A stretch of DNA of 31,385 bases from a virus (Duplodnaviria > Caudoviricetes), in IMG/VR virus record IMGVR_UViG_3300021560_000053, positions 1 through 31,385 of that record; one strand, 5' to 3'. Both the position numbers and the translations under genes were made by a program. Of the stretch, positions 13,999-21,160 are shown piece by piece (position 1 is the first letter of the stretch; the number at the start of each line of letters is the position of its first letter). A model generated the notes under the pieces. That model did no database searches, was not told the origin of the DNA, and worked only from the letters and a program-made list of their open reading frames with translations.

Positions 13999-14772
13999 CT
14001 ACTTCGGAGCGGGAGCGAACGGCTGGAGCTTGGCCACGCTCTTGCCCTTCTCGCCGCCCTCCCATGATGTCTCGCCCTTCTTCTGCCACGTGTACCAGAC
14101 GCTGCCGTCCTTGGCTTCAACGAACACGTGCAACGCACCTGATGCGTTGACTCCAGTTGCGACCGACACGATGTCCTCCTCTTTCGGTGGTTGCGGTTGA
14201 GGCTGCGGCGGCAGCAGTTGGGGTGGAGCTGGCGATCCGCGCCGGGCGAGATCCATCACCTCCGACCAGGGGAAGTTCGGACCCGGATCGTGATGCCCGC
14301 CGCCTCCGGCCCCCAGGTCAACGTGCCCAGCCACGCCTCTGCCTGAGCCTTGCGCCTGGCTCGCCGAGAGCTTCACGATCGGCAGGCCGAAGTGCTGGCA
14401 CTCCTCCCTGATCCAGTCGGCGGTGTTCTGAAGCATGTCGGTGTGGCGCAGCCACTCAGCGCGCGACCAGTTCGCACCGCACGGCCCTGTCTCGCCCAGC
14501 GGAGCCGCGCACAGCTCTGCGCTAACGCACTGAGGGTTGAAGTTCGCCTGCGTCCAAGCCTTTGCCGGGCGCGGCACGTACTCCCCGATGACCCCGCGCT
14601 CATCGTCAATCCCGACGTGCGAACTGACCTGCGCGTTCGGGTTGGCGAAGAAGGCACCCAGGTTGCGGAAGCCCCGCGCCCCTTCGGCCGTGTGAATGAT
14701 GACCAGCCGCACGCCGGACCCGCCCCGGCTCGACTGGTTCGGCGACGTGATCGTCACTCGTCTAAGCGGCAT
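13999..14772 (-). CDS. Endolysin, N-acetylmuramoyl-L-alanine amidase (Amidase_2) with Pro linker and C-terminal lectin-like blade
   Basis: VIIHTAEG...VSSHVGID...AWTQ...N...SAELC...VAGHVDL...HHDPGPNFPW; start ATG 14772. Confidence 0.9.
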   Translation of the reverse strand: MPLRRVTITSPNQSSRGGSGVRLVIIHTAEGARGFRNLGAFFANPNAQVSSHVGIDDERGVIGEYVPRPAKAWTQANFNPQCVSAELCAAPLGETGPCGANWSRAEWLRHTDMLQNTADWIREECQHFGLPIVKLSASQAQGSGRGVAGHVDLGAGGGGHHDPGPNFPWSEVMDLARRGSPAPPQLLPPQPQPQPPKEEDIVSVATGVNASGALHVFVEAKDGSVWYTWQKKGETSWEGGEKGKSVAKLQPFAPAPK

Positions 14773-14944
14773 CGTCTTCGACCTCCCCGGCGCCTTGAGC
14801 GAGACGGTCAGCCTCGGTGTCGATCTCGACCTCGACCTCGACGCGCATGTGTCCGTCAAAGCCGTCGCCATCAGCGAGCTTGTCAAGCAGAAAGCCGGGC
14901 GGTGCGCCAGGCTCGTCGCGGTCGATCTCTTGCTCGTCAGTCAC
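14762..14944 (-). CDS. Small acidic protein upstream of the endolysin
   Basis: GTG at 14944 right after the previous stop; VTDEQEIDRDEPGAPP...; overlaps the lysin start. Confidence 0.55.
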   Translation of the reverse strand: MTDEQEIDRDEPGAPPGFLLDKLADGDGFDGHMRVEVEVEIDTEADRLAQGAGEVEDDAA

Positions 14945-14945
14945 C

Positions 14946-15251
14946 TCACGGCCCTCCCTCGATGCACGTATAGATCCGGGTGTGCCCACTCGGCGAGTTC
15001 AACACCAGCACCCCGGGCGTGAAGCCCGTGTAGCACGAGAAGCCTCCCGCCGGACCGACCGGACCCGCCGGACCGGCTGGCCCCGGCGGACCCTGAGGTC
15101 CCTGCGCGCCCTGGCCGACATTGACCGTCACCGTCCTCGTCGGCGCCGGAGCGCCGGTCTGCGCAATCGCGACGGCAGCCAGGCCACCAGCGCTCAGAAA
15201 CCCGACAGCGCCAAGCGTTGCGTAGACCTGGCTAGCTCGTGGGCGGTTCAT
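14946..15251 (-). CDS. Membrane-anchored collagen-like protein (lysis cassette)
   Basis: N-terminal TM, (GXY)7 GAQGPQGPPGPAGPAGPVGPA, C-terminal two-Cys domain. Confidence 0.75.
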   Translation of the reverse strand: MNRPRASQVYATLGAVGFLSAGGLAAVAIAQTGAPAPTRTVTVNVGQGAQGPQGPPGPAGPAGPVGPAGGFSCYTGFTPGVLVLNSPSGHTRIYTCIEGGP

Positions 15252-15480
15252 CGCCTCGTTCGATCTCTCTCATCTTGTACTCGTGCAGCTCCTGCGACAG
15301 CTTCTCGACCTCGATCCGGCACTCACGCAGATGGTCGGCGGTCTTCTCGTACTCCTCGGAGCGATTCTTGCGCAACGCCATCACCGTTGAACCCAGCGCT
15401 GCCAGCGCCGTCATCAGCGACGCAAACCCAAGGAGCGTCGCCTCGGTGACACCGGGGTTCGACTCGGCAGCTACAAACAT
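15232..15480 (-). CDS. Holin-like membrane protein (one TM plus coiled coil)
   Basis: LLGFASLMTALAALGSTVMAL followed by a charged coiled coil; lysis context. Confidence 0.6.
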   Translation of the reverse strand: MFVAAESNPGVTEATLLGFASLMTALAALGSTVMALRKNRSEEYEKTADHLRECRIEVEKLSQELHEYKMREIERGDEPPTS

Positions 15481-15483
15481 CGC

Positions 15484-15849
15484 TCACTTCTTCGTTGCCG
15501 CCCTGGTCGACACCTTCACAGGAGCGGCCTCCTCAGCCTCCACAGCGGCCTCCTCAGGCGCTGCGGCGGCCTCGGCCGTAGGTTGTGTGCCCTCCTCCGG
15601 CTCAGCGCCGTAGACGGCGTTATATGCCGCCTCGACGTGTGCGTCCGTGATACCTGGCCCTGGCATGTTCCCTCCATTCGCGGCCCGTCGTAGAGCCGCT
15701 TCGATCTCACCCTGCGAGTTGTAGGTGATCGTCCGGATAACGCCCTTCCACCCTTTCTCCTGGCGCGGCCGCCAGCCGGACGCTTCAACCGCCTCGAACA
15801 GGTGCGCCCGCAACCGCGAGAACTCATCGCGGACCATCTGGATCTGCAA
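15484..15849 (-). CDS. Hypothetical protein with acidic Ala/Glu tail (possible internal start at 15666)
   Basis: In-operon ORF; strong GGAGGG SD before the internal ATG 15666. Confidence 0.6.
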   Translation of the reverse strand: MQIQMVRDEFSRLRAHLFEAVEASGWRPRQEKGWKGVIRTITYNSQGEIEAALRRAANGGNMPGPGITDAHVEAAYNAVYGAEPEEGTQPTAEAAAAPEEAAVEAEEAAPVKVSTRAATKK

Positions 15850-15856
15850 ATCGTTG

Positions 15857-16483
15857 CTATGACCAGGTTGTGTAGCCAGGGGTTGCTCCTTGAACGTTGG
15901 ACCAGTTCGGACCGAACTGCGTCTGGAGTGCGCCCCACGTGTTCGCCACGCCCGAAAACGCGCCCCACGTCGCCGACGTGACGAGCTGGTAGGCGAGCAT
16001 CAGGTCGGCGGGAATGTTGCGCCGCAGGACCCCGAGCACAAGGCTCTGATCCGGCGTCTGCGCCGTCCAGGTCATCACCGAGATCCAGTCCGGGTCGGCG
16101 GTCGACGTGTTCGCGTTCCACTGCTCCCGGATCTGCATCGACGCGCCCGGCGCGAGAACCCGTTTGATCGCCAGCCAGATGCCCTGCGGCGTGCCCCTGA
16201 TCCAACGCGGCGAGTTGCGTATCCAGTCGCGCGCCTGCTTGTCGGTGTAGCCCACCGGCACCCGCTCACCCACGAGCTGAGCCAGCCACGGCAGCACCCA
16301 CGTCGGCGCCAAGTCGATGTCGAACAGCGCCTGATAGTCAACGATGTCGTTGTCCGGGTCCGCCAGGAACAGGTCGGTCTGCCACCACATCGACGTGATC
16401 GCCGCGACGTACACGGCCAGGTCCTGCGTCCAGATCGGCTGGAGCTGGCCGGGCCACAGGTTGTCGATCGAAGCGATCGTCAT
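15857..16483 (-). CDS. Baseplate wedge protein, P2 gpI-like
   Basis: LFDIDLAPTWVLPWLAQLVG...RGTPQGIWLAIK signature. Confidence 0.85.
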   Translation of the reverse strand: MTIASIDNLWPGQLQPIWTQDLAVYVAAITSMWWQTDLFLADPDNDIVDYQALFDIDLAPTWVLPWLAQLVGERVPVGYTDKQARDWIRNSPRWIRGTPQGIWLAIKRVLAPGASMQIREQWNANTSTADPDWISVMTWTAQTPDQSLVLGVLRRNIPADLMLAYQLVTSATWGAFSGVANTWGALQTQFGPNWSNVQGATPGYTTWS

Positions 16484-17886
16484 GTCGAAGACGCCGCCGT
16501 TCCGGTCATCGTCCCCGGACGCGCCAGCGGTGCCACGCCCGCCATCACGAAGTCGCCGGTCACCGCTGAGGAGCTGAGCACGGCTGCGTTCGTGTAGGCG
16601 TAGTTCGGCGTCTGCGACGTGACGGGGATGCTCGTGGCGCCGGGGTTGACCACGGCGGTCGTCGTCCAGTTCTGCGTGTGCAGCCCGTCTGCCGAGACGA
16701 GCGTGATCGTCGCGCCGGACGGGATCGTGTTCACAACGCTCGAACCGGTGACCGGCAGCGACGTGATCGCCGCGCCCGTGGAAAGCGTGGACGACAGGGT
16801 CGCGCCAAGCGTGCCGCCGATCACGACGCTATTGGCGGTCACGTACTTCACGCCCGGTGTGGCGCCGATCACGCTGATGACCTTGTTCAGCCGCACGGTG
16901 GTGTCGTTGATCCAGGTGGACGGCCCGGCGCCCGGCTGCCCGTAGCTGACCGTGCCCCACCCTGTCGGCGACAGGAGCTGATTGAGGTTGGCGTTGACGC
17001 TGCCCACGAGCGCGGTCGTGTCGAAGCCCGGCAGCGCCACCACCGCATAGGTCACGTTGACCGTCGCGTAGGTCGGGTCCGCCAGCGTCACGGTCGTGTT
17101 GACCAGACGCTCGTTCGCGTAGATCGCCGACAGCGTCGACTTGACCGACGCCGGGACCGGCAACCCGTTCGGGTCCGCCAGGTAGACCGTCACCGCCCGC
17201 GCCGCTGTCGTGACCGCATACGCCCGTCCGACGCCCGCCGTGTCCAGCGCCACGATCTCGTAGTCCGGCAGCGTCACCACCATCCGGCCTCTCAGTTGCA
17301 GCTCGCGGCTGGCGTAGTCGAGATAGTCGGTGTCGTCCTGCGGGTCGGTGCCGTCGCTGGTCGGCGCCTCGGTCGCCAGGTTCGTGACCCAGACCGGCAG
17401 CGTCGTGTTCGCCCAGTTCGTGGAGTCCAGACCGTTGACACTCGCGGTGATGTCGACGCTCACGATCGGCACGCCGCCCACCTGCGTCTGGTTGTTCGAG
17501 TAGGTGTCCGAAACGATCTGGAACGGGTAGCTGCCCAGGCTGAACTCGCTGCCCGCCGGAACCAGGTAGTTGTTCAGCGTGTCCTGGAACGTCAGCGTGA
17601 CCGTCGTCTGCGCAGGCGTGCCCTGCTGGTATGGAATCCCCCACAATTTCGTTGCCAGCGCGATGAACGCCGCATCGCTCATCGTGGCCAGGGTCCGCAC
17701 CGACTCCGCTGCGAACGGTGCGATCGTCTCGATCAGAACGACCTCCATGTTGCCGTCGTTCGGCATCCAGTCGCTGCCCCACGTCACCTGGAGATTCGAG
17801 ATCGCACCGTCCACCAGCGTCTGCTGGTCGGCGGCCACGTTCAAAGTGACGTAGTAGGCCGGGAAGTCGGGTGCGGTGAGGCTCAT
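16480..17886 (-). CDS. Baseplate J-like (gp47/XkdT) protein
   Basis: WMPNDGNMEVVLIE...VPAGSEF...DGTDPQDDTDY...VVTLPDYE...GVGRA...IGATPGVKYV. Confidence 0.9.
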   Translation of the reverse strand: MSLTAPDFPAYYVTLNVAADQQTLVDGAISNLQVTWGSDWMPNDGNMEVVLIETIAPFAAESVRTLATMSDAAFIALATKLWGIPYQQGTPAQTTVTLTFQDTLNNYLVPAGSEFSLGSYPFQIVSDTYSNNQTQVGGVPIVSVDITASVNGLDSTNWANTTLPVWVTNLATEAPTSDGTDPQDDTDYLDYASRELQLRGRMVVTLPDYEIVALDTAGVGRAYAVTTAARAVTVYLADPNGLPVPASVKSTLSAIYANERLVNTTVTLADPTYATVNVTYAVVALPGFDTTALVGSVNANLNQLLSPTGWGTVSYGQPGAGPSTWINDTTVRLNKVISVIGATPGVKYVTANSVVIGGTLGATLSSTLSTGAAITSLPVTGSSVVNTIPSGATITLVSADGLHTQNWTTTAVVNPGATSIPVTSQTPNYAYTNAAVLSSSAVTGDFVMAGVAPLARPGTMTGTAASST

Positions 17887-17888
17887 GG

Positions 17889-18800
17889 CTACCTCTCGGA
17901 CTTGATCGACGCGTACACGTTGAACGTGGCGACGGAGTTGGCGTAGTCGTAGACAGTCTCGATCTCAACCAGCCCGCGTGGCTCGAACTCCTCCAGCGCC
18001 TGCTCCAACGGTGCTGTGCTGATCGGCGCCGTCTTCAGGTCCGGGAATGGCCAGCCGAACTCAGGCCGGTCCTCGCGCAGGCCGGTCGGGTAGGACGCGA
18101 TCACCATCTCGCAGGACATGATCTCGGCGGTCGTGTCCTGCTCCACCACGTTCAGGCCACCTCCGACCGGCGACGGCGGGATCGAATTGCTCTGGCCTGG
18201 CGTGCCCGCCCAGGAGTAGCCGGAGATGTCACCGTCGCCATACACGAATCCGGCAGACGCGGGCGCGAACATCGCAGCGTCCACGAAGAACGTGACCGCC
18301 GTTCCAGCGTGCGTGTAGACAGCCAGCCAGATCGACGTTCGGTTCGCGGTCGGCGTCCAGCGACAGACGAACTGTCGCCACGCAGTCGTCAGCGTCTGGC
18401 TGGTCAGCAGCGCAGAATCCTGCACCGGAGATAGCTGGCCGACCGCCAGGTCGACCACCTCGCCGCCCACGTTGCCCCTCAGATACACCGAGAACGCGTA
18501 CGACGTGCCCGCCACCCAGCCGCCGGGCGGTGCGATCGGCTGAGTCTGCACGCCCTCGTTCGCCGCCGTCGCAGTCGTCACCACTTGCAAGTCCTGACTA
18601 CCGATCCGGGGTTGCGTCTTCGTGACCGTCGCGACGGCCCCGGCAGCGAGAAAGCCGCCGCCCACCGCCGTCGTCCACAGCGCCGGAGCTGAGCCTGCCG
18701 TGTCATACGCGAAGCTGGGATTCGGCACCTCATTGGGCGCGAACCGCAACGGCGGCGTGAACGTGAACGGGTGCTGGAGGTGCGGGTGGTCGGGGTACAT
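17889..18800 (-). CDS. gp25/gpW-like baseplate wedge protein with an inserted carbohydrate-binding module
   Basis: HLQHPFTF [NPSF...YAFSVYLRG...LTTAWRQF...FFVDAAMF...YGDGD...WAGTP] NVVEQD...GLREDRPEFG...EEFEPR. Confidence 0.8.
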   Translation of the reverse strand: MYPDHPHLQHPFTFTPPLRFAPNEVPNPSFAYDTAGSAPALWTTAVGGGFLAAGAVATVTKTQPRIGSQDLQVVTTATAANEGVQTQPIAPPGGWVAGTSYAFSVYLRGNVGGEVVDLAVGQLSPVQDSALLTSQTLTTAWRQFVCRWTPTANRTSIWLAVYTHAGTAVTFFVDAAMFAPASAGFVYGDGDISGYSWAGTPGQSNSIPPSPVGGGLNVVEQDTTAEIMSCEMVIASYPTGLREDRPEFGWPFPDLKTAPISTAPLEQALEEFEPRGLVEIETVYDYANSVATFNVYASIKSER

Positions 18801-19988
18801 CTAGTAGCGGATGACGTGGTTGATCGCGATGTACGGCTGGAGGTTGTTGTGCGGGCCGCCGCCACCGTCATTGCTGATGGTCAGCGCCGGGATCGACAGA
18901 GCCGGAACCGCCAGGCCCGGGATCGACAGCGCGGGGACTGACAGGCCCGGGATCGACATGCCGGGGACGTAGTGCGTGTGATCGAGGTTCTGGGTGTCCG
19001 TGCTGGAGTAGCCGCTCGCGGTGTTCCCAGAGCCTGCTGGCATAGCAGCACCAGCGATATGCGCAGCGCCGCCGACCTGCGCGTTCTTGTACCAGTCCTG
19101 CATGAACCAGCCCTCGCCCAGGTCGGTCACGACCGGAGCGCCGTAAGGCCCGAAAGAGTTGTTGTGGTAGTGCGTTGCGGCGCCGCTCATGGCACCGGTA
19201 TTGACCGCGCCGGTCGTGCCTCCGCCTGTCGTACCGCCGCCCGTGCTGCTCGCGTTGGTCGTTCCGGTGCCGGTTGAGCCGGTGCCGGTGTGCCCGGTGT
19301 GCGAGTGCGTCGGCATCTCGCCGTTAGCCAGCGTGTGCGCCGCCTCGCCGCCGACTGAGGCGAGCGCGTAGCTTGGCCCGGCCCCGACCATCACGCGGCC
19401 GCGCAGGTCCGGGACGTTGAAGGTCGTGCCGCTGCCGCCATACGCCGTGCCGATCGCGGCGAACAGGTTCGCGTACTGGCCGACCCTTGCGTACGACGAA
19501 CCGTCGCACATCAGCCATCCGGCGGGCGCCACAGCGGCCGCCGTCTGCTTGATGTCGCCGACGTTGCCGCTGGCGACCATCATCAGCGCGTACCACGTCT
19601 GCGGCGCCCCGTAGACGAACCGGGCGCTGAGTCCAGGAGCGACCGTCACGCCCGACGTGCTGACCCCGCTCACCACCACCTGATCGGACCCGCCTGCGAG
19701 CACCGCAACCGGGTTGTTGATCGCCAGCACCTCGACGGTCGCAGTCGGCGCGGTCGGCGAGGTTGGCAGCGTGATCGTGAAGCCGCCGGTCATCAGAACC
19801 AGATCGCCCGGGACGGCCGTGTACGCCGCGCTCTGCGCGCGGATCGTCGGGCGCTTCTGCGCCTGCAAGTCGAATGAGTCGGTAACCGCATTCGTGCAGG
19901 TCGCGTAGTCCGCCTGATCGTTGGCGGAGTAGCGCGGCGCCGCGAAGTTGGGTGAAGTCGGCGGTGTGCCGGTGTTGGTTTGGGCCAT
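18801..19988 (-). CDS. Tail fibre with phage tail-collar domain and HxH needle
   Basis: GDIKQTAA...GWLMCDG...YANLFAAIGTAYG...TFNVPDLRGRV...HTL...EMPTHSH...HNNLQPY. Confidence 0.9.
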   Translation of the reverse strand: MAQTNTGTPPTSPNFAAPRYSANDQADYATCTNAVTDSFDLQAQKRPTIRAQSAAYTAVPGDLVLMTGGFTITLPTSPTAPTATVEVLAINNPVAVLAGGSDQVVVSGVSTSGVTVAPGLSARFVYGAPQTWYALMMVASGNVGDIKQTAAAVAPAGWLMCDGSSYARVGQYANLFAAIGTAYGGSGTTFNVPDLRGRVMVGAGPSYALASVGGEAAHTLANGEMPTHSHTGHTGTGSTGTGTTNASSTGGGTTGGGTTGAVNTGAMSGAATHYHNNSFGPYGAPVVTDLGEGWFMQDWYKNAQVGGAAHIAGAAMPAGSGNTASGYSSTDTQNLDHTHYVPGMSIPGLSVPALSIPGLAVPALSIPALTISNDGGGGPHNNLQPYIAINHVIRY

Positions 19989-20001
19989 CGCTCGCTCCTC
20001 C

Positions 20002-21120
20002 TCAGAACTTGATGACGTGGTTGACGCAGAGATACGGCTGCATGTTGTTGTGCGTACCGCCGCCGCCGTCGTTCGAGATCGTCAACTGCGGCACCGACAG
20101 GCCAGGGACGGACAGGCCAGGGACGGACAGGCCAGGAACCGACAGACCCGGGACGGTGTGCGTGTGGTTGGCGCTGATCCCGCTCGTCGTGCCCGAGTAG
20201 TTGTGGTTGAACCCCTGGCCTTCTGTCGCGGTCGTCCCGGAGAGCGTGTGCGTGTGCGACAGGTCGTTGTACTTGTTGCCGTCACCGCCGACGTAGTTGG
20301 CGCTGTAGCCGACGTAGACGAAGTTCGTGCCGCCACCAGCCGCGTAGACGCTGTAGCTCGGCCACCCGCCAGGACCGGCGGTCGTAGCGCTGAACCCGTG
20401 ATTGTGGTTCTGGTTCTGAGTGGCTGTCGTGCCGCTGTAGGTGTGAGTGTGATCGTTGCTGACGTAGCCGGTTGTCCCGCCGCCCGTCGTCCCGCCGCCC
20501 GTCGTCCCCGTGCCGGTCGTACCCGTCCCGGTCGTGCCGGTGGCGGTCTTGCCGCCGTGGCTGTGGACGGGCATTTCGCCGTTGACAAGCGCGTGCGCCG
20601 CCTCACCACCAGAGCTGCCCAGCGCGTAGCCCGTCCCGGCGCCGACCGGAACACGGCCCACCAGATTGGGCACGTTGAACGTCGTTGAGCCGTCACCAGC
20701 GCCGTACGTCGTGCCGATCGCCGCGAACAGCGCCGAGTAGGTCGTGCGCGAGATCGCGGCACCGTTGCACAGCAGCCAGCCAGCGGGCGCGTTGACAGCA
20801 GCGGTCTGCTTGATGTCACCGACATTGGCGGTCTGGACCGGGTTGACCGGGGCGTACCCGGACCACAGCGGCACCCACGCGTCGTCGTTCTCGTCCAGCA
20901 CCACCAAACATTGGGCGTTGATTGGCGGCAGGCTGCTGCCGTGTATCCACTGGCCCGGCGGCACCGTTTTCGGGAACATCTGCGAGAAGTCCGGGATCAC
21001 GACGATCAGGTTGTCCTGGTCGGATGTAGGGGTGCGGGCCACCCGGCCCAGATAGCTCTGGCTTGGCGGAGGATCGCCGCCGCCGCCAGCGGTCATCGGG
21101 CGCAGGTCGCTGATGCTCAT
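20002..21120 (-). CDS. Baseplate spike-like (gpV OB-fold) N-terminus fused to a tail-collar fibre
   Basis: YLGRV...LIVVIPDF...W...LPPINAQCLVVLD...AWV, then a collar domain GWLLCNG...TFNVPNLVGRV; AAGGAG SD before ATG 21120; follows the hub gene. Confidence 0.8.
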   Translation of the reverse strand: MSISDLRPMTAGGGGDPPPSQSYLGRVARTPTSDQDNLIVVIPDFSQMFPKTVPPGQWIHGSSLPPINAQCLVVLDENDDAWVPLWSGYAPVNPVQTANVGDIKQTAAVNAPAGWLLCNGAAISRTTYSALFAAIGTTYGAGDGSTTFNVPNLVGRVPVGAGTGYALGSSGGEAAHALVNGEMPVHSHGGKTATGTTGTGTTGTGTTGGGTTGGGTTGYVSNDHTHTYSGTTATQNQNHNHGFSATTAGPGGWPSYSVYAAGGGTNFVYVGYSANYVGGDGNKYNDLSHTHTLSGTTATEGQGFNHNYSGTTSGISANHTHTVPGLSVPGLSVPGLSVPGLSVPQLTISNDGGGGTHNNMQPYLCVNHVIKF

Positions 21121-21154
21121 GGCCAAAACTCCTTGGTTCGCATATCAGGCCAGG
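21118..21154. repeat. Inverted-repeat site 5 (CATGGCC-N23-GGCCAGG) covering the spike RBS and start
   Basis: Same 23-nt spacing as sites 1, 3 and 6; intergenic. Confidence 0.6.
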
Positions 21155-21160
21155 TAGCCA

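Noticed and set aside
18801-21120. Paralogous fibre ends as DGR template/variable repeats or a shufflon
   Set aside because: Differences are not adenine-specific, both copies are intact same-strand genes, and no reverse transcriptase or invertase is in the window
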